Positions 18,214 through 28,737 are shown, counted from the stretch's first letter. The stretch: 64,000 bases of DNA from Candidatus Kaiserbacteria bacterium (GCA_019634005.1 JAHQWD010000002.1:30969-94968); one strand, 5' to 3'. The notes: generated from the sequence alone by a model not told the origin. Numbers and translations are program-made.

Positions 18214-20388
18214 TTACTCGTCTCCTCCTTTGTTCTGTACTCCTCGCTCTCGCTTGATCTCCTCCGCAACGTTTGGTGGAACAACTGCATAGTGATCAAA
18301 CTCCATCGTCATCGATGCACGCCCTTGTGTCATCGAACGAAGTGAACTGGTGTATCCAAACATTTCAGAAAGTGGAACTTTCGCATGAATGATGGTCTTT
18401 CCACCAATCTCCTCGGTTCCTTCTACCTGTCCACGCTTTGATGAAAGGTTTCCGTTGATGTCTCCCATGTACTCTTCTGGAGTACGTACCTCTACCTTCA
18501 TCACCGGCTCAAGGATAACGGCATTCGCACGCTCTGCAGCCTCTTTGAAGGCGTTGATACCTGCGAGCTTGAAAGCAATCTCTGAAGAGTCCACATCGTG
18601 GTAACTACCATCGAAGAGTTCGACTGAGATATCCTCCATCTTGTACCCTGCAACGAATCCACGACTCATTGCCTCCTTACATCCCTTCATTACTGCTGGA
18701 ATGTATTCCTGTGGAATGGCACCTCCCTTAATATTGTTGACGAACTCAAAGTGGTCATCACGAGTCACATTCTTTGCAACCTCTTCATCTTCACCAAGTG
18801 CGACCAGTGGCTTGATGCGAAGCTTTACGTGTCCGTACTGTCCACGTCCTCCAGACTGCTTCACGTACTTGTGCTCTGCTTCAGCCTCAGACTGGATAGT
18901 CTCACGATACGCTACCTGTGGCTGTCCGATGTTCGCCTCGACGCCGAACTCTCGCTTCATACGATCGATAATAATATCGAGGTGGAGTTCTCCCATACCT
19001 GCGATAATCGTTTCAAGTGTCTCTTCGTCAGTTGATACCTTGAATGTCGGGTCCTCATCAGCAAGACGCTTCAACGCTACCGACATTTTCTCCTGGTCAT
19101 TCTTGGTCTTTGGCTCTACACGTACTGCAACCACTGGCTCGGGGAAGGTAATCTGCTCAAGAAGGATTGGATTTGCCTCATCACAGAGTGTGTGTGATGT
19201 TTTCACTTCCTTAATACCCACCGCAGCAGCAATCTCTCCTGCGTATACTTCCTCGACTTCCTCACGCTTGTCTGCCTGAAGACGTACGATACGTCCCACA
19301 CGCTCTTTGTTTCCTGTAGACGCATTCAAGATATATGAACCCGCCTTTACGGTACCAGAGTACACACGGAAGAAGGCAAGCTGTCCAACGAACTTGTCGT
19401 CCTGAAGCTTGAAAGCAAGCGCACAGAATGGTTCGTCATCTGATGGCTTTCGCTCAAGTGTCTCCTCCTCATTATTTGGGTTTGTTCCCTCTACTGGAGG
19501 AAGGTCAAGTGGAGAGGGGAGATAATCTACCACTGCATCAAGTACCAGCTGTACACCGATGTTCTTCAGTGCGGTACCTGTCATGATCGGGAAGATTGCG
19601 TTTGCGATAACCGCCTTACGAAGGGTCTTCTTAAGATCTTCAAGTGAAGGCTCTTCACCACCAAGGTATGCCTCCATAAGTGCGTCGTCGTGCTCCACCA
19701 CACGCTCGATAAGTTCCGCTCGCCACTTCTTTGCATCCTCCACCATGTTCTCTGGTATATCCTCTTCAGTCACATCCATTCCCATTTCTCCACCGAAACG
19801 GTATGCCTTCATGGTAACGAGATCCACCACTCCGCTCATATCATCCTCTGCACCGATTGGAAGCTGGATACGTACTGCCTTCTTTGAAAGACGATCCTCA
19901 ATAGACTTCACTGATGCATCAAAGTCTGCACCAAGTTTGTCCATTTTGTTCACGAAACAGATACGTGGCACGTTTGCCTCGTCTGCGTACCCCCAGTTTG
20001 TTTCAGTCTGTGGCTCTACACCAGCAGCACCGTCAAATACCACCACCGCACCGTCGAGCACACGCATCGAACGCTTTACCTCTGCGGTAAAGTCGATGTG
20101 TCCTGGGGTATCAATGATGTTAAAGGTGTACTGAAGATCCTTGTTCGTACGATCTGTCTCAAGGGTCTTTGCCCAGTTACATGAGATCGCTGCGGCAGTA
20201 ATGGTAATACCGCGCTCTCGCTCTTGCTCCATCCAGTCGGTAACGGTCTCACCGTCGTGTACCTCACCGATCTTGTGACTCATTCCGGTATAGAAGAGTA
20301 CGCGCTCTGATGTCGTCGTCTTTCCTGCGTCTACGTGCGCAACAATACCGAAGTTTCGTAGTTTCTCTAGTGGAAATGCTCTGCTCAT
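18214..20388 (-). CDS. fusA: elongation factor G
   Basis: [39 protein letters not shown]. Confidence 0.99.
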   Translation of the reverse strand: MSRAFPLEKLRNFGIVAHVDAGKTTTSERVLFYTGMSHKIGEVHDGETVTDWMEQERERGITITAAAISCNWAKTLETDRTNKDLQYTFNIIDTPGHIDFTAEVKRSMRVLDGAVVVFDGAAGVEPQTETNWGYADEANVPRICFVNKMDKLGADFDASVKSIEDRLSKKAVRIQLPIGAEDDMSGVVDLVTMKAYRFGGEMGMDVTEEDIPENMVEDAKKWRAELIERVVEHDDALMEAYLGGEEPSLEDLKKTLRKAVIANAIFPIMTGTALKNIGVQLVLDAVVDYLPSPLDLPPVEGTNPNNEEETLERKPSDDEPFCALAFKLQDDKFVGQLAFFRVYSGTVKAGSYILNASTGNKERVGRIVRLQADKREEVEEVYAGEIAAAVGIKEVKTSHTLCDEANPILLEQITFPEPVVAVRVEPKTKNDQEKMSVALKRLADEDPTFKVSTDEETLETIIAGMGELHLDIIIDRMKREFGVEANIGQPQVAYRETIQSEAEAEHKYVKQSGGRGQYGHVKLRIKPLVALGEDEEVAKNVTRDDHFEFVNNIKGGAIPQEYIPAVMKGCKEAMSRGFVAGYKMEDISVELFDGSYHDVDSSEIAFKLAGINAFKEAAERANAVILEPVMKVEVRTPEEYMGDINGNLSSKRGQVEGTEEIGGKTIIHAKVPLSEMFGYTSSLRSMTQGRASMTMEFDHYAVVPPNVAEEIKRERGVQNKGGDE

Positions 20389-20476
20389 AAATATATCTAT
20401 TCAATAATAATTACCTCCTTTCAGTCCTTACGTGGCGAACGTAAAAGAAAAAGGTCCTCAGACCTTAGGTGCGCAC

Positions 20477-20505
20477 ACTATACGGTATTTAAGGAAAGAA
20501 AACAA
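20477..20505 (-). promoter_or_regulatory. promoter of fusA
   Basis: TTGTTT-17 bp-TATAGT. Confidence 0.55.
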
Positions 20506-20510
20506 TACGT

Positions 20511-20922
20511 TTAGAGGTCAAAAAGTACAATTGTTGTCCCTCGAATAAAGTCCTGATGGTCTTTCGGCTTTACTCTCTCTACATAAACGGCAAGCTCATC
20601 AAGGGTAAAACCGTTGTAGTGTGGCTCTAAATCATTGAGTTCACACGCAATCTCAAAGACGAGACAAGCTGTGCGCTTATTCCCATCCGTGAATGGATGG
20701 TCTTTAATAAGAAAATAAAGAAGCGCAACCAGTTTTTCTTCTGGTCGCTCATAAATATCAACGCCGAAATGCGTCTGATTAATTATTCTCTGTCAAAGAC
20801 TCAACTGTTTTCTGTGCGTTTGGAGTAAGTGGGAAGGCTATATGTCCTCGACTATGAAGAAGTTTGTACGTTAGACAGACGATCTGCCACGTTGTCGGTT
20901 GAAATAACTTTTTTTCCTTCAT
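20511..20922 (-). pseudogene. Doc/Fic-family toxin, frameshifted
   Basis: HPFTDGNKRTA motif; the N-terminal frame stops at about 20780; removing one base near 20787 restores EIINQTHFG; 412 nt total. Confidence 0.8.
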
Positions 20923-21019
20923 CGTAATCACGAAGCGATTCAATCACCTGCTTATTTTCTTTAAGCTGGCGCTCTGCAATTTGAGTGATATTCTTTTTTC
21001 GCTTCAAAAAATTAAACAT
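20852..21019 (-). CDS. 55-aa putative antitoxin upstream of doc
   Basis: MFNFLKRKKNITQIAERQLKENKQVIESLRDYDEGKKVISTDNVADRLSNVQTSS; overlaps the doc start. Confidence 0.6.
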   Translation of the reverse strand: MFNFLKRKKNITQIAERQLKENKQVIESLRDYDEGKKVISTDNVADRLSNVQTSS

Positions 21020-21051
21020 GGTACTTATACTGTGCTACAAAGCCTCCTTAC

Positions 21052-21076
21052 AAAAAAGCCCCTCTCGGGGCTTTTT
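21052..21076 (-). terminator. intrinsic terminator after rpsG
   Basis: AAAAAAGCCCC-TCTC-GGGGCTTTTT. Confidence 0.75.
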
Positions 21077-21081
21077 CTCTT

Positions 21082-21555
21082 CTACCACGCAAAGTGTGCA
21101 AATGCGCGGTTGGCTTCTGCCATCTTGTGTGTGTCTTCCTTCTTCTTTACTGCTGATCCCTCCTCGTTTGCTGCGAGCATGAGCTCTTGTGCAAGTGCTT
21201 TATGCATAGGGGTTCCCTTTCCACTGCGTGCTGCTGAGATAATCCAACGGAGTGCAAGTGCAAGACGTCGCTCTGGACGCACCTCACGTGGCACCTGGTA
21301 GTTTGCACCACCGACACGACGGCTTCGTACCTCCATCTGTGGACCTGCATTAGAGAGTGCCTTTTCGAAGATCTCAAGTGGCTCTCCACCATTCTCCTTT
21401 GCATTCTTAATCTCCTCGAACGCTCCATACACGATCTTACGTGCAGTTTCCTTCTGTCCACGAAGCATCACGTAGTTGATAAGACGTGCTACTTCGATTG
21501 AATTGTACCGCTCATCAGGTTGTACCTGTGGCTTCTTTTTGATTGGTCTTCGCAT
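21082..21555 (-). CDS. rpsG: 30S ribosomal protein S7
   Basis: [15 protein letters not shown]...[13 protein letters not shown]. Confidence 0.98.
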   Translation of the reverse strand: MRRPIKKKPQVQPDERYNSIEVARLINYVMLRGQKETARKIVYGAFEEIKNAKENGGEPLEIFEKALSNAGPQMEVRSRRVGGANYQVPREVRPERRLALALRWIISAARSGKGTPMHKALAQELMLAANEEGSAVKKKEDTHKMAEANRAFAHFAW

Positions 21556-21607
21556 ATTATTTCTATCGTTATCTAAAGCGAATATAAACTATTTATGAGT
21601 AATTGTG

Positions 21608-22021
21608 CTATTCACCCTTCGGCTTCTTTGCTCCGTAGCGTGAACGTCCTCGTCGTCGTTCATCCACACCAGTCGCATCGTACTTACCACGGACAACAGT
21701 GTAGTTCACACCGATGTCCTTCACGCGTCCTCCACGGACGAGCACAACAGAGTGCTCCTGAAGTGTGTGTCCCATACCTGGGATGTATGCGGTAATTTCC
21801 TGTCCGTTGGTAAGGCGTACACGTGCAATCTTTCGAATCGCAGAGTTCGGCTTACGCGGAGTCTTGGTCGTTACACGCGTACACACACCACGCTTGAATG
21901 GTGAGTTATATGCGTTTGGTCGGTTCTTAACCTTGTTGAAACCAGACTGCAATGCAGCCACCTTTGATTTCTTTGCAGGGTCTCGACGACTCTTACGTGT
22001 TAATTGATTAATTGTTGCCAT
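21608..22021 (-). CDS. rpsL: 30S ribosomal protein S12
   Basis: MATINQL...[11 protein letters not shown]...[10 protein letters not shown]. Confidence 0.98.
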   Translation of the reverse strand: MATINQLTRKSRRDPAKKSKVAALQSGFNKVKNRPNAYNSPFKRGVCTRVTTKTPRKPNSAIRKIARVRLTNGQEITAYIPGMGHTLQEHSVVLVRGGRVKDIGVNYTVVRGKYDATGVDERRRGRSRYGAKKPKGE

Positions 22022-22074
22022 ATTTGGTGGCAGTACTCTACTATATCTGTGTGAAACTGCAAGTGTTTGAGTAT

Positions 22075-22280
22075 AAAAAACGCCCCTAAGTGTCTGCCGC
22101 AACAGACGCTTAGAGGCTTCGCACCCTGTCTTCTTGGCCACTAATCTGTTTACACGCATGTGAACAGACCCCGAGACACCATTCATGAAAGTTACATCGT
22201 GAATAACTACCACTAGAAGACATTGTCTCAAGAACGTGCGCAGTCCTTGCCTACCAGTCTCGGGTTCAAACTGTCTATTT
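22075..22280 (-). ncRNA. candidate structured non-coding RNA or long leader upstream of rpsL
   Basis: Several complementary pairings, a final hairpin with U-tract, a promoter-like TTGCAA upstream and a separate rpsL promoter downstream. Confidence 0.45.
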
Positions 22281-22442
22281 GAAAGATACTAAAGAACACT
22301 CTACATTTGCAACAACAAGGCGCATGCGCCGTTGGAAGTATGGGGAGAGGGGTTTGCCAATCACTCTGGCCGTAGGCCGCTGTGAATTAATCAAGGAATC
22401 TTCTCTTGAACCCTCTCCCCCAAGAGAAGCGGCAAAACAATA

Positions 22443-23093
22443 CTACAAACCTCCCAATCCTGTCAAGAGACCAAATACTTTGAACAACAGTACAGAAAAC
22501 GGTGTCCACAGTACATTTATAAATAGAAAGAGAAGAAGGAATGTGAAGAGGAGTCCCAATCGTTCAATACGTGCAGTCATTTCTTGGTATTTCATGGCAG
22601 CGCGTGTAGGAAGCAGCGCCAAGAGTACCTTCGATCCATCAAGCGGTGGGAGTGGAATAAGATTAAAGAACCCGAGTAATATATTGATATATACAATGTA
22701 ACTTGAAAGCTCTACCACCGCAGGGGTAAGACCGAGTATATCCGCAGAACGAATTAAAAGCGCAAAGATAATAGCAAGCAGAAAGTTCGCAAGCGCTCCT
22801 GCTGCTGCAACAAATGCCTCCGCATACCGTCCTTGCCCAAAGAGTGGTCGCAGATTATACGGATTGTACGGCACTGGCTTTGCCCATCCAAAAAGAAATC
22901 CTGCATTTGAAAGAAAGAGGAGTCCTGGGATAATCACGGATCCCAATGGGTCAATATGGTTCAGTGGATTTATGGTAAGCCTTCCCTGAAGACGTGCCGT
23001 TGGGTCTCCAAGCCAGTCTGCCGCATATCCATGCGCTACTTCATGGAGCACAATAGAAAGAATGAGGGCTACGATGATGATAAGTTCTGCCAT
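22443..23093 (-). CDS. site-2 protease (peptidase M50)
   Basis: LHEVAHG and FNLIPLPPLDG. Confidence 0.93.
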   Translation of the reverse strand: MAELIIIVALILSIVLHEVAHGYAADWLGDPTARLQGRLTINPLNHIDPLGSVIIPGLLFLSNAGFLFGWAKPVPYNPYNLRPLFGQGRYAEAFVAAAGALANFLLAIIFALLIRSADILGLTPAVVELSSYIVYINILLGFFNLIPLPPLDGSKVLLALLPTRAAMKYQEMTARIERLGLLFTFLLLFLFINVLWTPFSVLLFKVFGLLTGLGGL

Positions 23094-23159
23094 AGTGGAG
23101 ACATTCTATCATAGAGACACTTGCACTCCACCCTATATATGGTACGATGGCGCGCACAT

Positions 23160-23402
23160 ATGGCTAAGCAATGCGACATCACTGGAAAGAAAACCCAGAT
23201 TGGGGGACGATACTCTAACCGCACACGTGCGACGCAGTTTAACCCGTGCGGAAAGACACGTCGTCAGCCAAACCTTCAGAAGAAACGAATCTTCGTACCA
23301 GAGATTGGAAAGACGGTTGTGGTTAATGTTTCAGCAAAGGCACTCCGCACTATTGCAAAGAACGGAGCATACAAGACGCTCAAGGAAGCAAAGATTATTT
23401 AA
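23160..23402 (+). CDS. rpmB: 50S ribosomal protein L28
   Basis: MAKQCDITGK...RRQPNLQ...VSAKALRT. Confidence 0.93.
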   Translation: MAKQCDITGKKTQIGGRYSNRTRATQFNPCGKTRRQPNLQKKRIFVPEIGKTVVVNVSAKALRTIAKNGAYKTLKEAKII

Positions 23403-24246
23403 ACCAGATACTCTTTCCGTCAGAAATCATGAAAATACTGCCCTCATCGGCAGTGTTTTTTATTTCACTGACAGAAAGATTCTCCAGAACCTCTGCATGT
23501 GGGTGTCCGTACCTGTTATCCTTCCCGGCGGAAATAATGGAATATGTTGGACGAACTACTTCAATAAACTCCTCTGCAGTTGATGTCTTAGACCCGTGGT
23601 GTCCCACCTTCAGCACATCACTCTGTATATCTCCTTCCAAAAGTTTTCGTTCCACCTCCTGAGGCGCATCTCCCATAAAGAGAAACTCGCTCTCTCCATA
23701 GACCAGGCGTGCGACGATTGAAGCCTCGTTACTTTCTAAATCTGATGCATCAGCCTCGGGGAAGAGGATGGTCAGCACCGCTCCACCGCCAAGGTCATAG
23801 GTCTGACCACGTCGTGCAAAGAGCATCTCTCCTTCAAGACGTTCTTCCACCGCCTGCCAAACTGCGGTCTCACTTTCCTTTTCTGTTCGAAGCACGTGCA
23901 GAATCTCATAGCGATCAAATACAGAAACCAATCCTCCAACATGATCACTGTCTGGATGGGTAATGAGGACATAGTCTATAGTCTTATCAAAAAAACCCAT
24001 CACATCCGCAAGCGGTCGAAGCACCGCACTCCCTCGCCCACCATCGATAAGCATCTGTGTTTCCGTTGGAGATTGTATGAATATGGAATCTCCTTGCCCT
24101 ACATCAAGAAAAACAACACAGAGGAGTCTCTCTGGACATGTGCCAGACTGAGACACCGCCGCAACATTCCGCTCTGGAAGCACATCAAGACTCCCAATGA
24201 GAATGAAGAAGAGTACAAGCAGTATCAAAGAACGAAGGATTCTCAT
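23395..24246 (-). CDS. ComEC-type metallo-beta-lactamase domain protein
   Basis: FLDVGQGDS, THPDSDHVGG, KVGHHGS, NRYGHP. Confidence 0.92.
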   Translation of the reverse strand: MRILRSLILLVLFFILIGSLDVLPERNVAAVSQSGTCPERLLCVVFLDVGQGDSIFIQSPTETQMLIDGGRGSAVLRPLADVMGFFDKTIDYVLITHPDSDHVGGLVSVFDRYEILHVLRTEKESETAVWQAVEERLEGEMLFARRGQTYDLGGGAVLTILFPEADASDLESNEASIVARLVYGESEFLFMGDAPQEVERKLLEGDIQSDVLKVGHHGSKTSTAEEFIEVVRPTYSIISAGKDNRYGHPHAEVLENLSVSEIKNTADEGSIFMISDGKSIWFK

Positions 24247-24307
24247 ATTTTGAAGAGTTGTTCTCCATACTATACAATGTGTGCATCATTATCTTTAAAA
24301 CAATTCT

Positions 24308-24886
24308 ATGGAATACACAGCAAAAACATTTAATCTAGGAGCACTCGAGGGTCTCTCAGAGAAACAACTCTCTGTACACCTCGGTCTCTATGAGGGATAT
24401 GTAAAACACGTGAATCACTTGCGCACGCAGGTACATGATCTCGAATCACAGGACAAAGAGAAGTATGCATACGCAATTGCAGAACTTCGACGCCGTCTTG
24501 GATTCGAGTTCGACGGTATGCGTATGCACGAGTACTACTTCTCACAATTTGAAGGTGGTGCCACTGATGTGCCAGAAAACCTCTCTGCACTGGTATCAGA
24601 AAAGTACGGTTCGTGGGAAGGATTCATCGAACACTTCACTACCGTAGGCATGACCCGCGGTATTGGTTGGACTGTTCTCTACCAAGACCCAGACGTAAAC
24701 ACTGTCCATGTTGCATGGGTGGGAGATCACGAGCTCGGACAACTTTCTGGACTTCCTATTATCCTCGCCATGGATATGTGGGAACACGCGTTCATGGTGG
24801 ACTACGTACCGAGTGAGAAGAAAACGTATATCGAAGCCTTCCTCAAGAATATAAATTGGGAGACGGTTGCGAAGCGCATCACCTAA
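24308..24886 (+). CDS. sod: Fe/Mn superoxide dismutase
   Basis: HLGLYEGYV, HEYYF, DMWEHAF. Confidence 0.93.
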   Translation: MEYTAKTFNLGALEGLSEKQLSVHLGLYEGYVKHVNHLRTQVHDLESQDKEKYAYAIAELRRRLGFEFDGMRMHEYYFSQFEGGATDVPENLSALVSEKYGSWEGFIEHFTTVGMTRGIGWTVLYQDPDVNTVHVAWVGDHELGQLSGLPIILAMDMWEHAFMVDYVPSEKKTYIEAFLKNINWETVAKRIT

Positions 24887-24895
24887 GAAAAAGCC

Positions 24896-26353
24896 TCACG
24901 AATCTCGTGAGGCTTTTTTCATTTTCAGAAGTACAGCTCCCATCACGACATAACAAAGTGCAACGATCCAGAATGGGAATGTGGGAACTGCAAACGACGC
25001 GAGCGAGAGATCTCCAAACCATGATGCAACAGACACGATGTATGCAAGTAACCCAAACGCAAAAAATCCAAAAAGCATTCCAAGAGGGGCAGACACAAAT
25101 CCAATGACTCCTGATAAAAATGAGAGGAGCATCGCAAGCGGCACTGCAGGTAACACGAGCACATTCACGAGCGGGGCAACTATAGAAAACTCTCCCATCA
25201 TGTAGAGGAGAAGTGGAAGCACTGCAATCTGTGTTGCAATGGTGGAGACAACAAACTCGCGTATCTGTAATTGCGTCGGTACTCGGATGAAAACTTTTTC
25301 TAAGTGCGGTGCGATTAAGATCAGTCCGAGTGTCGCAAGAAACGAAAGTTGAAACCCTGGATCAAAAACAAGGAGATACGGATTAAAAAGTACCATCACT
25401 GCTCCAGAGAAAAGGAGTGCACGCGTAACCTGATACCGTCTTCCCATCGACCGTGCAAGGAGCACGAGCGCTGCCATGATAGATGCCCGCACGACCGTTG
25501 CAGAGAGTCCAACGATGAGTGCAAATGAAAGAATGGCTCCCCCACCAAAAAGTACGCGTGTCCGTGGCGTCGTGAAGTATGAGAGTAGCCGCATGATGCT
25601 TTCAACGACGATCATAATGTTGTATCCAGAGAGCACCACAATGTGAATGATGCCTGTCTTCCGAAATGCTTCTTCTAAATCTTCTCCGAGGGCTCGTTTC
25701 ACACCGAGCAATAATCCTTCGCCCAGGCCCGCCTCTGGCTCTGGGAGTAGTCGTTCTAGTGAAGACATAAATGAGTGCTTCCACAAAAGGAGTCTTTCAA
25801 TAACTGGATTCCCCTCTCCCTCTCCAAGTACTTCCACCTCCGCACCAGAGATGCGGTGTGTCACCCCACGTGCACGGAGATAGCCAGGATAGTTGAACGT
25901 ACGACCAAGATCTGTTTCAAAAGACTCTGGACGTTCCACAACGCCATGAAACAGAGTACGATCACCATACGCTACATCTAAAAATGGATCCGTAGTGATG
26001 AGTATCAAAGCGTCATGCTCCTCATCCTGTACATAGAGGTGTTGTGAAACACTGCGCACATCTGGCTCACGCACCACAATGCCAACAAGAGAAACCGTAG
26101 TGTTTTCGAGTCCCACATACGGAGATGTTTCCCACGTGGTCACATCCATGCGGAATAATCCGACCGCGCATCCAAGTAAAAACACACTGAAATATAAAAA
26201 GAACGCAGCATATCTGCGTTGCCAAAGTACACCCAACACCAGAGACAGAAGAAGCGTCCAAAGTATCACCGCCTGTGAAACAGGTACGAACGATGCAATA
26301 AATATACCTATGCCAAAGCCACCGAGTGCACTATAGAACGATCCTGCACTCAT
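24896..26353 (-). CDS. comEC: ComEC/Rec2 competence membrane domain protein
   Basis: GIIHIVVLSGYN, DPGFQLSF, many TM helices. Confidence 0.92.
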   Translation of the reverse strand: MSAGSFYSALGGFGIGIFIASFVPVSQAVILWTLLLSLVLGVLWQRRYAAFFLYFSVFLLGCAVGLFRMDVTTWETSPYVGLENTTVSLVGIVVREPDVRSVSQHLYVQDEEHDALILITTDPFLDVAYGDRTLFHGVVERPESFETDLGRTFNYPGYLRARGVTHRISGAEVEVLGEGEGNPVIERLLLWKHSFMSSLERLLPEPEAGLGEGLLLGVKRALGEDLEEAFRKTGIIHIVVLSGYNIMIVVESIMRLLSYFTTPRTRVLFGGGAILSFALIVGLSATVVRASIMAALVLLARSMGRRYQVTRALLFSGAVMVLFNPYLLVFDPGFQLSFLATLGLILIAPHLEKVFIRVPTQLQIREFVVSTIATQIAVLPLLLYMMGEFSIVAPLVNVLVLPAVPLAMLLSFLSGVIGFVSAPLGMLFGFFAFGLLAYIVSVASWFGDLSLASFAVPTFPFWIVALCYVVMGAVLLKMKKASRDS

Positions 26354-26772
26354 GCACCACGATCCATTGCTTCGTTAGCAAGCCGATCTGCATCTTTGTT
26401 ATATTCTCTCCGAACGTGAGTAAAAGTGATGTGCGGGAAGTATTCATCACGGATCCGAATGATCTCCTCATAGATTGGACGGAGAGTGTCAGATTTTACC
26501 TTATACTCCCCATTAATTTGCTTCTGTACTAACTCGCTATCGAGTTTAATCTCAAACTGCATGTGTGGCGTATCATCTCCATAGAGTTCTCGGAGTGTCT
26601 CAAGCGCCACCAACGCCCCAGCATACTCTGCAAAGTTATTCGTCTGCTCTCCGAGATATTGTGAAACCTCTTTCAACACATCTCCATCTTCGTTCTCAAT
26701 ATGCACCCCGAGACCTGCAGGACCCGGATTCCCTCGTGCACCGCCGTCGGTGTATGCGATGATTTTTTTCAT
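26350..26772 (-). CDS. rnhA: ribonuclease HI
   Basis: YTDGGARGNPG, TNNFAEY, DSELV, NKDADRLAN. Confidence 0.93.
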   Translation of the reverse strand: MKKIIAYTDGGARGNPGPAGLGVHIENEDGDVLKEVSQYLGEQTNNFAEYAGALVALETLRELYGDDTPHMQFEIKLDSELVQKQINGEYKVKSDTLRPIYEEIIRIRDEYFPHITFTHVRREYNKDADRLANEAMDRGA

Positions 26773-26793
26773 AAAGATAAGTATGCCACAGAT

Positions 26794-28473
26794 CTATACC
26801 TTTGGCAGAACATCAACAATTCGCAACCGCACCTCTTTCCGTCCCATGAAAAAAGACTCTTCGACATGTGCAATAAGTGTACAGCCATCAGTGGAGAGGT
26901 GTGTAAACTCTTCTGGCTTCTTAAAGAACGCAATTGCATTGATGGTGTCAAAATATATTTTCGTATGATCTCCTCCCTTTCCAAAACTTTCTACCTTCTT
27001 TGGCTTCACATTTTTCAGACGAAACAATGGCTTCGGATTTCCCATACCAAACGGTGCCAGTGTTTTTAAATCTTTGAGGAAAGACTCAGTAATGTCTTCT
27101 AGCTGTATATCCGCATCAACAAAAATCTCTTCTTTCTCCGAAAGTGTTGCAGACAATTTTTCATACGCCTCATTGAGTGCATCAGAAAGTATGTGCACCT
27201 GTTCATCACTGGTAGAAAATCCTCCTGCCTCTTTGTGTCCACCAAACCCAAGAAGTGCATGGCTCGCCTCCTGCATCAAGTCCACCACAGATACTGAACC
27301 ATCTGATCGACACGACCCTTTGATAACACCCTGTCCGTCTCGACCCCATACAAAGACTGGTCGCTGGTATGTCTCCACCAAACTATTTGCAGAGAGTCCC
27401 ACAAGTGCAGGCTTCCATTCTGGATTTCCAATAACAATGACATTTGGAATTTCCGAAAGTTTCTCAAGCCGCCGTTTCAGTTCTCGGCTCATCACCGCAA
27501 CGGTTGTCTTTCGTTCTTTATTCAACTTCTCGAGATGTGCGGCACGTGTTCCTGCCTCAACCTCGTCCTTGGTAGAGAGGAGTGTAAACGCATCCTCTGG
27601 CGTATCCATACGTGAAGCAGCATTCACCCGCGGTGCGATGGTAAAGCCAATATCATCTTCGGTAAGCATATGTTGCCGAAGTCCATTCTTCCGCACCAAA
27701 TGATGCAACCCTGGCCTTCGAGACTTATGTAATACCTTAAGCCCATAATGTGCGAGTGCTCTATTCTCTCCAGTCAGTGGCACCATGTCTGCAATCGTTG
27801 CAACACCCACCATATCCAAAAGCCACTTCTCCCATCCGAGAGGCAACTCGACCCTCTCTCGCTTTCGCCCTTCAGTGATAAGTGCCTGCACAAACTTATA
27901 CGTTACCCCTGCAGCACAGAGTCCTTTGAAAGGATACGCGTCATCACACTTTGGATTCAAAAGCGCAAATGCATCGGGAGTCTCTTCTCCCGATTCATGG
28001 TGATCCACGATGATGACTGGAATGTTTGCCTCTTTTGCAGCGGCCAGTGCCTCATGATCCACCGTCCCGCAATCTATGGTGATGATGAGATTCACTCCAT
28101 CCTCTTTAAACTTTGTAACTGCACCCGCATTAAATCCATATCCCTCTTCATGACGATGCGGAATATAGTTTTGAAAGTTCTCATACCCAATTGCTTTGAA
28201 AAAATCATGAAGGACCACTCCTCCTGGAATACCGTCGCAGTCATAGTCACTGAAGACGGCGATGTGCTCTTCGTTTTCGATTGCATCCCACGTACGTGAA
28301 ACTGCCTTCTCCATATCAGACATGAGAAATGGGTCATGAAGGTGCGTGTCATAATCTGGATTTAAAAATCCTTCGATGTCTTTTTCTTCAGTGATTCCTC
28401 TATTTGCAAGCAGGGTATGAATTAAAGAATCTTTGGAGGTATCATGGAGTGTGTAGACTTTCTCTGGCCGCAT
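26794..28473 (-). CDS. recJ: ssDNA exonuclease RecJ
   Basis: DYDCDG, DHH, APRVNAASR, GGHKEAGG. Confidence 0.96.
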   Translation of the reverse strand: MRPEKVYTLHDTSKDSLIHTLLANRGITEEKDIEGFLNPDYDTHLHDPFLMSDMEKAVSRTWDAIENEEHIAVFSDYDCDGIPGGVVLHDFFKAIGYENFQNYIPHRHEEGYGFNAGAVTKFKEDGVNLIITIDCGTVDHEALAAAKEANIPVIIVDHHESGEETPDAFALLNPKCDDAYPFKGLCAAGVTYKFVQALITEGRKRERVELPLGWEKWLLDMVGVATIADMVPLTGENRALAHYGLKVLHKSRRPGLHHLVRKNGLRQHMLTEDDIGFTIAPRVNAASRMDTPEDAFTLLSTKDEVEAGTRAAHLEKLNKERKTTVAVMSRELKRRLEKLSEIPNVIVIGNPEWKPALVGLSANSLVETYQRPVFVWGRDGQGVIKGSCRSDGSVSVVDLMQEASHALLGFGGHKEAGGFSTSDEQVHILSDALNEAYEKLSATLSEKEEIFVDADIQLEDITESFLKDLKTLAPFGMGNPKPLFRLKNVKPKKVESFGKGGDHTKIYFDTINAIAFFKKPEEFTHLSTDGCTLIAHVEESFFMGRKEVRLRIVDVLPKV

Positions 28474-28662
28474 AGTATGCCTATACTACCATGAGGCACA
28501 AGAGTTGATCTGTCACTTAAAATAAAAGAGGCGCCTGCTGTGTAAGCAGAACGCCTCAAATCTTATGCTGACTATTTCCTCCTTGATCAGCAAGCCAATG
28601 GCTAAAGGAACCAGACGCTGTCACCGTGCGGTTTGTTCGGAAACACGGTGTACACAAGAACA

Positions 28663-28737
28663 TCATTTCTGATTTGCTTGCTGGCACTCACGTGCCGTGC
28701 GGTGTGCAACACCATTCTTGTCAATGTAGAGACACAC
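28663..28737 (-). CDS. possible 24-aa micro-ORF
   Basis: GTG start after AGGGAGAAGACC (same 12-mer as before the 5134 gene); promoter TTGACA-17-TATATT upstream. Confidence 0.3.
   Translation of the reverse strand: MCLYIDKNGVAHRTARECQQANQK

Noticed and set aside
22075-22428. 6S, SRP, tmRNA or RNase P assignment
   Set aside because: Hallmark sequences absent (SRP GGAA loop context, tRNA-like ends, GAGGAAAGUCC); the closing stem encloses too little for 6S
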